The notes under the pieces were generated by a model. It was not told where the DNA came from and searched no databases. It saw nothing but the letters and a program-made list of their open reading frames with translations. Shown here one piece after another: positions 1 through 11,680 of a stretch of DNA of 64,000 nucleotides (positions are counted from its first letter, which is position 1; each line of letters begins with the position of its first letter). A program made the position numbers and the translations under genes. This DNA is from Tubulanus polymorphus. Taxonomy: Eukaryota > Animalia > Nemertea. The DNA lies in the NCBI RefSeq assembly GCF_964204645.1, contig NC_134029.1:24422950-24486949 (forward strand), read 5' to 3'.

Positions 1-1252
1 TTTCAAACCGCTTACACAGCTTAAACAGCTGTCTGGGCGGTTAATGTTAACCTCCGTAATTTGATGCGATAGCGGTCATTGAAAAAATACATTTCAACAT
101 TTTCAATCACAATTGTATATTTCCATGTATCTGTACGAAACCAACCAGATTGAACAGGTTATAAGTACCACATCCCCAAACACGTCCTGTTATCATGGTT
201 CATTGATAAACAGACAAACATAAAACTCACTAATATCTATAGCCAGAATTTAAATCTTTTTTTACGACAAGAAGAAGAAATTAAAGTAAATGCGGCGACA
301 ACGCTATCGGTTTTTTTGGAGCTAATATGCTAATTCGACGATGACGTCACAGTGTGGAAATAATATATTCGTCGAAGTTTCTGCAGAAACAAGTTGTTGT
401 TTTATAGATTACGTATTTCTCCCTGAAATAAACACTTTTCAAATCCTAGCAGTTTCACGACTTTATATACAACGACAGATTTCTCGATTTAAAACTGAAA
501 CAAATGGAACTGACTGATAGACGGACGGTAGTGTGCAACTTTTAAGGATTAGTTTTCTTTGAATTGTCGCTTCAAAAAGCTCCCAAAGAACAGTTTTCCA
601 AAACCCTGAGCATCTACATCACACATTTTACACAAAAGGATTTTTTAAAATCGAAAACAAATTTCAACTTACCGATTTAGTAATAATATGACAAATCACG
701 TGAACAGTTAGTGAATTCTCCTCGTTCAGAATATGGTGATTTTTCACGAAGCAACAAACGCTCGTCGGCTAACTCCTCAACAGCGCGCCGTAACACCAGC
801 CTCGATACTCAGCCGAATACAGTGACGTCTGGTGGTAAAATATCCGAACTAAATGATGAGGATGGCCATCAGGAATATATATGTTGTCATTTAATGAAAA
901 CGAGAAAACTATAACCAAGGAATATTAGCCCCAAAACTGTATACCCTCCTAACACCCCCCTCGCCACATCACACTGATATTAGATATCGCTGACTTGAAT
1001 CAACTCGAGCGAGTTTTTTTCAGATTCAAATCTCTTTTCTCATAATCCGACATCACTTTTAAGAGTTTCAAACAAAGAGAATGAAAAATTAGCGATCACT
1101 TCATTCATAGGATAATCATTTACTCATTTTTGTGCTAAAGAAATAAAATAGAATATACCGAATTTCAAAACCTAAGATTCAAAAACCAATCGAAGATTTC
1201 AAAAACAAATCCAATTTCTTAGGATCAAACAGGGCGGTGTGAACTTCAAAAA

Positions 1253-1519
1253 AATTGTGGTCGTGGCACCTCCTGTAATGTGGTTTTATCATTTTATGTG
1301 ACCACAGTCTGTGAGATCGTGATCAGATCGAGACGGCAAACAAACCTTACACAGACCACTCATACGCGATCTATAGATTGACCAAATACGTCGGATTTTG
1401 ATTGTTCTGGTACAAACCAGTTTGTGGCCTGTACGACAATAGGTCACGTTATTGTTATGTGAGGAAGGTAGTGGCCCTACTGAATGTATGTTCTGTACAC
1501 GAGAATTTTACAATGAAAC
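1253..1519. mobile_element. Young interspersed repeat, copy A (inverted near-identical copy at 60592-60859)
   Basis: About 267 bp matches the reverse complement of 60592-60859 with only about 2 differences seen by eye; no obvious terminal inverted repeats. Confidence 0.8.
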
Positions 1520-1936
1520 TGCGAGTAAAATCACTTTATTTTTAGTATGGGATTTTATTTCATTGTTTGTCTTTTTGTGGTTTTACATCATGGAAATGTA
1601 AACAGTAAATATACGATAGAATACAAAATTTTCTTTTTAATTTTAGAAATGTCGAAACTACATAAAATTCGATGTGATCCGTGAATTCGGATCGTGTTTT
1701 TGCCAAAGAAAATAGTCAAAATAGATTATGTCTGGTGTGAACGAACTGTATCGATTTTATCCAACGTAAATTTTCTGAATAAATACAAGATCGGATATGT
1801 TTTCATACTAAGTGAAGGCGTTTAAATGAAGTCGATAGAACCACCAATAAACGATGGATATTCGGGGGACCGCTACAGGAGGCAGTTCCGATCGGGTAGT
1901 TTGATTGAACGTTAGTGTTTTTGTTTTTTCTACTCG

Positions 1937-2977
1937 ATGATGTCGGACTCGTGTAACGATAGTTTGTCGTGTAAAGATCGCGCATTAATGATGATTACTG
2001 GTCGCGCTAGTTTACCCGGATATTCCCCGCTGTTTATCGACTACATGGCCGGCAGCGAACAACTAAAAACTAACTACGGAGCTTTTTTATATCTAGTCGG
2101 TTATCTGATAATGATAACTGTTGGTATTACGGGTAATACCATCGTTCTTATTATCATGTTTCGTAAGACAATGCGTCGTTATTCCTATTCGATCTATCTG
2201 ATGTCTATAGCCGTCATGGATAACTGTAGTTTAGGAATTTGCGTCGTTGCTTGGATAAACGTATTCTCACGTTTCGTCTTCCATCGTTTCATTATCATGC
2301 CCTATATGACGTACATGGGTTGCCTGGTGACCGATTATTTCGTCACTTTAATCCTGTTCGTCGGTTTATGGTTGGTAGTTCTTCTATCCGTCGAGAGGTT
2401 CGCTGTCGTCCATTTCCCGATGTCCAGTCGACAAGTATGCACGCGCAAAACAGCCGCAATGGCGACGACTGTAGTTTTTCTAATTCCCGCTGCGGCGCTG
2501 GTAGTCTATCCGGTGACGCCATTTTACTATCTGATCACCGATTACGCGGCCGGTAAAGAACTGGTGCACCGCGGCGCCTGTTGGTACCGGCGCGGTTATT
2601 CCTATTACGCCTCAGTAACGCGCTCAGTAAACATCTTCACTTCTACTTCGCTGGTGATCATTCTAAATTCGCTGATAATCTTACGTCTTCGCTGCACGAG
2701 TGATAAACTCGGTGAAACGACTACAAAATCCGCCAAAACGGCTAAAACCACTAAAATGCTAGTATTCATATCTTTATCATTTGCTGTATGTATGGTACCG
2801 ATGGCAGCGGTTATACTATTCAATTATACTGATTTCGATTTATCGGATGAAACCTGGGGAGCTTTATACAATATACAGGATTTCTTTTACACTCTTAATC
2901 ACGTTATTAATTTATTCATTAATTTAACAGGGGATGAAATCAGGGGTGAGTTCAATAAGTTGACCAGCACGTGTTAA
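1937..2977 (+). CDS. Intronless rhodopsin-like (class A) GPCR, peptide-receptor-like orphan
   Basis: 346 aa ORF with 7 hydrophobic segments; GNxxV in TM1 (GITGNTIV), YLMSIAVMD in TM2, SVERF at the DRY position, CMVP in TM6, NHVINLFI in TM7. Confidence 0.9.
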   Translation: MMSDSCNDSLSCKDRALMMITGRASLPGYSPLFIDYMAGSEQLKTNYGAFLYLVGYLIMITVGITGNTIVLIIMFRKTMRRYSYSIYLMSIAVMDNCSLGICVVAWINVFSRFVFHRFIIMPYMTYMGCLVTDYFVTLILFVGLWLVVLLSVERFAVVHFPMSSRQVCTRKTAAMATTVVFLIPAAALVVYPVTPFYYLITDYAAGKELVHRGACWYRRGYSYYASVTRSVNIFTSTSLVIILNSLIILRLRCTSDKLGETTTKSAKTAKTTKMLVFISLSFAVCMVPMAAVILFNYTDFDLSDETWGALYNIQDFFYTLNHVINLFINLTGDEIRGEFNKLTSTC

Positions 2978-3044
2978 ACAACGGTTTAGCGAAGAAACAC
3001 TCACAGAGTCACGTGTTAAGACGATTAATACGGGAGCGCCTAAA

Positions 3045-3230
3045 TTCCCACAATACAGAAAAGAAAAACAAGAGTAAAATGTTTTCTTGAGCTGTAGTTT
3101 ATTTTCAACGTTTCCACTATATCCTAATATTCCTCAAGATGAGTATGAGGATATAGTCGAAATGTCGAAATAAACAACTATTAGCAGCTCAAGGAAACAT
3201 TTCAGACTTAATTTTCTGCATTGTGGGATT
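3045..3230. mobile_element. Degenerate inverted repeat, Penelope-like terminal remnant
   Basis: Arms tcccacaat..cttgagctg..ttcaacgtttccactatatcct / aggatatagtcgaaatgtcgaa..cagctcaag..attgtggga; decayed (CT)CAAGATGA...CGAAATGTC hammerhead-like core. Confidence 0.5.
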
Positions 3231-5272
3231 TTATCGTATCATAACGGCTTGTACATAGGATGCTAGATCTCACATTTGACAGGGCGTGGTCACTTAGTCA
3301 TCGCATCTTACAGCAACTATATTCCTATTGTAACTGATGATATTCTCGCACTTGTGATTAGTGGGTATCATTACAGCTAAATTACTCTCGTGTTTCAACA
3401 AACGTCGATTCGATATCGAAAGAAAATTGCTATTGATTGGAAGATTGTTGGAAGATCGCCAATTTTCTGGCGCCAAGAAGAAGTCGAAAATTGATCTCGA
3501 AATTTAGAGATTAAATCATTAAACACGTGAAGTTTTATTCGTAGATTTAAAGTCTCGTTTATTTTGGATGATGTTTCTTATCGCTAGTGTAAATATGTGC
3601 TCTAACTATAGATCCGGTCCGGTGATTGGTCAGAAGGTCGGTGACGCGTCATCAGACATTCGCATCGCCTATCGGTTTACATCGTTACTGCTCGATATGG
3701 CTCCAAATTGGATTATATTTTTGTTTTTAGTTTTTATCGGTACCTGGTATACCTTTCTACAACTTTCTATTCTACGATTGGAACTCTCGAATCGGACCTT
3801 AACTCGCAAACTTGCAAACTCTTAAATAACTAGGGTTTTTTAGCGGGAACTAATCGTAAAGGTATATTTACAATTGGTAAAGAAAAAATTAACGGTTGAA
3901 ATTATGTTTTAGATGAGGGCCAACTAACTAGCTATACCACTAACATCAATTCTATTCTATGAATCAATAAAAAGATAAGACATATCACACAGGTCGTACC
4001 GGAACTTTTCAAGCCACCCTGTCATCATCGTTCAACTTCGGATTCGATTTTCCGTGGCCCGGGGGGTCTTTTCTTTCTCACTGAAATCATGGACGTATCA
4101 ACTCTAGTTTATAAGTCCATGCTGAAATATTACTTACCCGATTGAATTCGGACCACTCTTGGTTTCTCATCACTTGGCGAGTCTGTTGTATCTTCCGTGT
4201 AGCTGTACAACCAAAACCTATTTATTTATGCAACCTAAACTAAACTATTTTTATCTATATCTAAACCTATAAAACATAATTTCAGCCGTTAATGTTAAAT
4301 AAATACCACTTACCTTACAGCGACCTTGCGACGCGATAAACCAGCGATTCGAAAATACAACTTATTATCCTCCGATTGAAGAGTCAATTTAATCCTTTGA
4401 GTTGATAGTCAAATGTTATTTGTCATAAATAGTATATGAGTTCATTGCGAGAATGGTCCAAATGCCTTATCCATGAATTATTCCGTGTAAATTCGCTAAG
4501 TTAATGTTGGAACGCTATTTTTCCTTTTTGTGTAAAATCTAAGCACACGTGCAGACTGGTCGGATTTCCAAATGTCATGACGACTTGTACGAGCACCCAA
4601 CAATGTTCATGGCCTCTTAGTAAATTTCGTAAGCGCGGCTGCCGGATTGGCTGCATCGCCAATAACCCGAAATATGACAAGGGATTATTATAGGCCCTGG
4701 TCATTCTGGTATGACGGTCAACAGACACAGGTGGTAGCGCATCAAAGCTGCATGGTGCCGGGAATTTTAAAGTGTAACCATGAATGGATAAGCGGTAGTA
4801 AAGCCTAGTAAGTATAACCTCGGCGCGGCGGGTCCCGGCTCAGTTTAATCATGAAACTACCGTAAAGCCACCATTCAAACGTGGAGAAAAAATCAAAACA
4901 TGTTTATAACTCCGGCCTATTTGGTTACAAAGTTTCAAATATTATGTACTCAATATTTCCAAAAAAGAAACATTGTCGAAGTTGGTCCGCCCCGCAAACT
5001 AGTGAAACTAAGTCCGTGATCCGACATTTCCAATTCCGCGAACATTCAAGTCCGTCGACCGGCTATTAGTCGCCACCGCGGATTTCAACCAATCAGCATC
5101 ACGCATACAAAGGCCGATTCTTTTGTACTGAATCTTAAAATTCGAGGCAAAAAACAAAAAACCATCGATATTTTACCATAAATCAGAGAGACACGGCGAT
5201 ATTTACCGCTAATCAGAGAGATACAGCGATCAGAGATTGTCTTATAGCAGCATCGGACAATAATAAGTGAAT

Positions 5273-6815
5273 ATGAGTGAGGAAACAAAGGTAAGGACTG
5301 TGTCAGTGGTGTGCACCTCTCTCTCAAATCTAGACTATCCCCCACTCCGCATTGCCAAATCTGCTAAATTATTGCATTGGCAGTAATGACATGGCACTGC
5401 TGCCAGGGGCAGGGCTCTTTCACGATGAAACTAGACCTTTTCCTCCTCGTTCTCGTCAGGGGGTAAGAGAGAGTTTCTGTATAGAGACTTCAACTGAGAA
5501 GCCGTAAGCTGTTGTTGCGCCGGGTCGGTGTCCTCTCTAACCACTAAGTACATTATTTCCATTTTTTAAAATGGAGAACAAGTTGTCTGATTAGGTTTAG
5601 GGCCTATAATAAAAATTTAAACAAATGACTCGTAAGTTACCTCTCCCTCACATGGATGAGTCTTCGTTCCGAGTTTAGGGGAGCGACCTGAGGGCAGGGG
5701 GTAGAAAATCGGTAAGGTTCATGTTTAGGCAGGTGCTCCGATGTAGTTAAGCTCTCCTCATACAAAAAAGAGGGTTTATGTTAAACAGTGTGAAAACGAG
5801 GTGTCACATTTATACCCAGCTCATTCTGACATACATCAAATGGTTTTTATTGATATTTTTTTTGCAGGACGTTAAACCTGGATCTGAACATATCAATTTA
5901 AAAGTCAGCGGACAAGATGGAAGCATCGTACATTTTAAAATAAGAAAGAGTACTCCTTTAAAGAAGTTGATGCAAGCGTATTGTGATAGACAGGTGAGTA
6001 GTAGTCATCTGCTGGAGTTAGCTCCGGACCAGGTACATACGCGCAATGGCCTGATTTATTTTCACGATTGGCAAACTTACGGTTTTTGAATTTTGGTGTC
6101 TTCTGGTGATGAGTGACACAAAGTTCCCCTTGAAAAGAAAGTCCCCACTGAGGAAATGAAATAAATCATTCGGGTTTATATTTTGTTAAAGTTCACACGT
6201 CCCAATATCAGGGAATGAAAACCAACTATCAACTGGTTTTATTTGAAACAAGTTTTCAGCTCAACTAAATCCGGTGAATATTGATATGAATGATTTTTAT
6301 TTCAGGGCGTTTCTTACAAACAAGTTCGATTTGTATTTGATGGAAACAGAGTGAATGAAGGAGATACACCTTCCCTTGTAAGTATAGTACAGGAGAACTC
6401 CGCTGTAAACTGGCTGCTTTAGAGTGAAATTCCTTACAGATTCATTACTAAACTTGATTCATCCCCTACTTAGTAAACTACGTTACTGCGTTAATGTTAG
6501 GTGAATGTTATTGAGGATGTAAAAATCCTAAAATTCTATGATCTCATAAGTCTGTATTCGTTTTAACTATGTAAGAGAAATTACGGCCCAAACAGAATGT
6601 TCTGGAATCAGGCGGAGTCTACTGTAGACTCTGTCTCTTACTGCAGTAAAACTTTACCTTAATTCGTGTTTCACATACTAAGTGAGATTCTTTTTCCCTG
6701 TATGTTCCAAGACTAAAAGTGATTAATTCGATTTTGTTTGTGATTACAGTTAGAAATGGATGATGAAGATACAATTGAAGTGTTCCAGCAACAAACAGGA
6801 GGGATGAACACTTGA
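5273..6815 (+). CDS. SUMO3: SUMO, SUMO2/3-type; exons 5273-5290, 5868-5993, 6306-6377, 6750-6815
   Basis: GT-AG phase-0 introns give [93 protein letters not shown]; FQQQTGG is the SUMO2/3 signature (SUMO2 vs SUMO3 cannot be distinguished). Confidence 0.95.
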
Positions 6816-8626
6816 TCGCAGTCGACGCTAATGAATCTCAAGTGTATAAAATCTTATTTGCCATGAAAACTTTTTTAAGTGACCCGATGTGTTGTAGTAT
6901 GAATGAACACAGCAATGTCTCATCTACAAAAACTAATCCTGCATTTATTCGCACAAAAATCAGAAACGAAATTTAATCACTATATTTTGCGTTCATCTAA
7001 GTTTCCTGAATTTGAAGAGTATTTTTTGTGGTCCCAAAATTATTATTTTTGTCGTCATTTTATGTGCTTAATCTGTGTACATTTGACTCGTCCTAACTGA
7101 CCTACTCAGTGCCTGTGTCAACTCTATCAGAACCAATCACGAAATATTAAACAGAAATCTCAATGCTATGGAATAAGGCAGTGTTTAATGTGTGGAATTC
7201 GAAATGTCCCAGTTTGATTAGATCGCTGAATGAATTCGTACTAATCTATTACTGTGGAGTGAAATATCGAGATCTGTAGAACTGTGTCGTGTATGTCTGT
7301 CCCGATCCGGTTTTAATGTTCAGTTTGTGTATCTTCACCGCACAGAAATTAGCTGTTTATGATTTTACTAAGTTCCGATGAAACGAATGTTCTCGACTTG
7401 TCCGAACGCCCGTCACACCTTGTATCGTCGACACCTGCAAACTGTGTCATTTGTCTCGTCGCAGCAAACTCTGAACTGTCAACGGTTCCTGCAACTTTGA
7501 AGCAGTTCCGAATGGTTTTAAACGCAGTGTGCTTGAAATACATGTAATTCATGTTGAACTAACGATTTTTGACTTAAAATTAGTTTTTGTGTGAATTTGA
7601 GAAGCTTATGTTAAGTGTTATTCAAAATCTGTTCGAATTTCATAGAAAATGATAATAAAATGACTTATATATGTATATACATTATATATAAAAACTAAAC
7701 TTATGACTACTGTTTTTATTATTTCCTCCTTTTGTAATTTTCCTTTCCTCTCAGTTGGCTATACACGTATAACTAATATCGCCTTCCATTCAAGAAGTTC
7801 TATTTCTCAATAGAAACCGTATGGTGCTGCCACCTAGCACATTGTTTTTTGTATAACATGAGGTCGTCGGAGTTCATTACAGTTTAATCATTCAAACATT
7901 GTTTTAGTGAATATTTGTGTATTTCGAATGAACATTCCTTGGTTCCTACTAAACTGTTGCACCACCTCCAGACATTCCACATGAAGTGGGGTCCTCACGT
8001 GGTTAGAATGCGTCCCGGTAAAAACTGCTGCATTTAACTAACCCCAACACGGACCTGGCCAGCCAGGACACTTATTCCAAATACACACAAATATGTATTC
8101 AATAATTTTATTAATTCCGATATTAATCAACGATAAACGTAATTTAATAACGCACATAAAATGATTGATTTGTTATGAATTTCAGACAAAAAACTACACG
8201 TAGGTTAGGACCAGTTTTGACGCGAACACTATCAATCATCCCTGAGTATTAACTATTTTGAGGTATATGAATTGGCTGCGGTTATTTCAGACCACGTAAA
8301 GTTACAATGATATGCATTGTTTCATCAATGACCTGAATTAGCGCTGGCAAAGGATACTACCTTACTATATAACTATGTATAAGTTGGACCAGACTAAAAA
8401 AGTGCCTCTTTAACATTAAGTTCATCTCCGATGTTTCCAGGAGTGAAATCTTGGTTGCGAATTATGGTACCGCGTTTCCCTGGTATATTCGTTGTATGGC
8501 TTATTTGACCGAGAAGGAATTCGACTTATCTGTTGAAGCAAAGTTCAAGGTTTCTCCTTCAAAGAGAGAGACACAATAATCGAATCGATGTTATATCATT
8601 TGTTAATGTTTCATCAGATTTCATCG

Positions 8627-9690
8627 TTAATGTATAAAAGAAATACCCGTTTGTTCTTGGTAGACCTCCACAACGTCTCCTTCCTCCATGTATAACTGTA
8701 ATATCAGAAACACATTATTTACACTGCACGAACATTATACGCGCCTGTATTCATTCTATATATTCGCCAAATGTAACTTGGTAAAAATTGATAGACTCTA
8801 TTTCCAACTGGCAGTTTTTACTGCACTTTGTTAACAGTCTCAAGGCAGAATTCGAAATAAACTTACTTGCTTTGGTGATACATCGTCAGCTATTCGATTT
8901 CCATCGAACAAGAATCTTAGACTATTCAATGATACGCCCTGAAAGAAATTACAAAACATTATCGGGATAAAGAGCTCATTTAGTTTGCGAACAGTTTGTA
9001 ATGTGAAGTCTCTGGGTCAGACTTAAAGCGGTATCGGTCCTAAATGTCCACAGTAGTTCACCCCTCCCAGTTCAGCCAGCGGCTCGCCACGCACCTGTCG
9101 ATCTGCAAACGCTTGCTTCAATTTCTTTAATTGAGTAGTTTTCTTGATTTTGAAATGAACCTCGCTATTATCGCTTCCCACAACTTTCAAATTGATGTGG
9201 TTTTCTTCAGGATTCTGAAATAAACACATTTGAATTAGTCAAATCGCTTTTGTACGCGGGTAAGCAATTGGGCCCAAGTGTCTGGGTGGCTGGGCGACTG
9301 GGCGACTGGGTGACTGGGCGACTGGGTGACTGGGTGATTGGGTGTGGCTGGGCGACTGGGTGGCTGGATGACTGTGTGGCTGGGTGACTGGGCGACTAGG
9401 TGACTGGGTGATTGGGTGTGGTTGGGCGACTGGGTGACTGGACGACTGGGCAGCTGGGCGACTGGGCGGCTGTGTGACTGGATGACTGGGTGACTGGGTG
9501 ACTGACGACTGGGCGACTGGGCTACTGGGTGACTGGGCGACTGGGTGACTAGGTGACTGGATGACTGAGAAGGGGGGTGGCTGGATGGCTGGTGGCTGGG
9601 TGACTATTGAGGGAGTTCTAGGGGTAGACCTTACATCTGGCCTAGTTCCTACCCCGAGTTTTACACACTTACCTCATTGAACTCACTCAT
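8627..9690 (-). CDS. SUMO1: SUMO, SUMO1-type, C-terminus lacks di-glycine as assembled; exons 9690-9673, 9214-9095, 8938-8867, 8695-8627
   Basis: Spliced product [92 protein letters not shown]; SEVHFK, NSLRFLF, RIAD and EVYQEQTG are SUMO1 hallmarks. Confidence 0.92.
9281..9606. repeat. G-rich 9-bp minisatellite (GACTGGGY-type units) in SUMO1 intron 1
   Basis: Roughly 30 degenerate ctgggcga/ctgggtga units. Confidence 0.9.
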
Positions 9691-10443
9691 ATTGACTGAT
9701 TTGTTGTTTGATCGGACAATCCGGTCTACGATAAAACTGATATTAAATCGCTTGTAGTATGCGCGACAAGTCGCTGTTTTTTTTTCTGAATTCCTCGAAA
9801 TGTTTTGTTGAATCCGAGCATAGGATACATACATTTACGTGCAATATAATATACAAACCAGTCTAAAATCAGTGAGGCGACCTATTTTAAAATCGGTCAC
9901 AGTCCGTTCACAATAACATTCAAGAACTAGTTTTGAAATATTTCCGACTTAGAAAGGTAAACGATGTAGGCCTGAAGTTAACTCTCAGATAACTACATTC
10001 AATAAAATAGCAGAACAGACTATACACTCATTAAACGTGGAGAAAAGATGAAATAATCTTTAGATTCCTCCATACAATCTGAATTTTGATTGATTTTAAT
10101 CTTTTTAATTTGTATATAGCCGGTTTTAATAATTTATTTGATTTATGTGAGAAAATAGAAACCGTATACTTAGCTACTGGGTCTGTTATGGTTAGCTTTG
10201 ATCAGGATGTTATTAAGGCATGTACAGGGTAGAGAGGCGGCCGACCGGATCAACTTGTAGAAATGGGTAAAACAAGATATCAATTCTACAATAAATGTTT
10301 TAATTTTACTAATAAAAATATCAAGTTTCTTTTCCTCATCAAATGATAAACAATTAATGAATTCATGTGACCTATCTAATTACTTTTACTTGCAGTTTTT
10401 TGTAAGCAAATATTGCCATGGCTTAAACATATTTTTATGGTTA

Positions 10444-10680
10444 TAATTAGTCACACGAGTGATTGCTCACACTCTGTAACGAGAGGAGACCAATGCTAAT
10501 TCTAGTCGTCGAAATGCATTATAAAGTCAATATATATTTCTTATTTGAGGAATGACAAAAGATATTTGTAATTAGTCACACGAGTGATTGCTCACACTCT
10601 GTAACGAGTGGAGACCATTTCTAATGCTAGTCGTTGAAATGCATTATAAAGTCATTATATATTTGTTACTTGAGGAATGA
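10444..10680. repeat. Tandem duplication of an approximately 125-bp unit
   Basis: taattagtcacacgagtgattgctcacactctgtaacgag...aaatgcattataaagtca...tgaggaatga occurs twice. Confidence 0.85.
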
Positions 10681-10824
10681 ATAAAAGCACATCCATGTAT
10701 GGATTATCTGCAGTTAATTGGCATTCATTATAAACCGAAAATCCACATGGACGCCGTTGAACTCGGTAACAATAGAGGTTCTTATGCGTCCACGTTTCTG
10801 ATCAAAGTCGGTAGCTTGCGTTAA

Positions 10825-11627
10825 GGCTGACTTATATCGACAAGCAACGCGACGCCTACCGACGCAACTGGGTTTATTGCCGATTAGCGGCAACTAGCGG
10901 CCTACGAGAGGCCGCCAGTTGCTGCTCAATCGGTTCGACATAAGCCGGCTTGCGACGGCAACCCAACGCCTACCGACTCGTTGCAAGCCATATCCGGCTA
11001 GTTGCCCATGTTCTACTCCGGCCTACGGTAGGCGGACAGTTGCTTTCGATCACAACCGACATAAGCTCATCTGCGACGCGACGGAACTGAGCGCAAGGGT
11101 TCCAGCCAATAAGAGGCCGCATATACATAGTACAAATTATGACCGCTAGTTAGCGTCATTCGTAATTAGTCATAAACTTTCAAAATTCAAGTATTTCGAA
11201 ACGTTAACCAAAGTTTCAGCACGGCAGATGACTGGACTGAAGATCTAGAAGCGAAATTGGTAGAATTATGGTGTGAGCGGCCATCTTTATATGATGTCGC
11301 TAGCTCATTGTATTCAAAACAGAATCAGAAAGATAAAGATCTTAAAGAAATAGCTTTTCTAATAGAAACGTATTTCCCAATAATTCAAAATAAATCAAAT
11401 TTATTCTCAAAATGCTTATCACGTGACCATCTGGGCCGTTGCAGTTGCCAGTAATCGTAACCGACATAAGCAGGGAAGCAACTGGGAGGATCTCGTATCC
11501 CGATAGTCGGCCTCAGTTGCCGCGAATCGGAGCTTAGTCGACATAAGCTGGGCTGCGATCGCGGTCGCTCTCAGTTGCGTCGGTAGGAGTCGGTAGGCGT
11601 CGCGTTGCTTGTCGACATAAGCCAGCC
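10825..11627 (+). mobile_element. Non-autonomous PIF/Harbinger-like DNA transposon with MADF (Myb/SANT-like) remnant
   Basis: Long TIRs GGCTGACTTATATCGACAAGCAACGCGACGCCTACCGAC / GTCGGTAGGCGTCGCGTTGCTTGTCGACATAAGCCAGCC, flanked by TAA and TTA; internal frame DWTEDLEAKLVELWCERPSLYDVASSLYSKQNQKDKDLKEIA (from 11230) resembles a MADF domain. Confidence 0.8.
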
Positions 11628-11680
11628 TTACACGTTCTGTGGTTCCCAATACGTCAGAAGCGATAAACACTAGTGAAAAC

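Noticed and set aside
3568-3825. ORF with signal-peptide-like MAPNWIIFLFLVFIG
   Set aside because: No convincing downstream exons or recognisable domain
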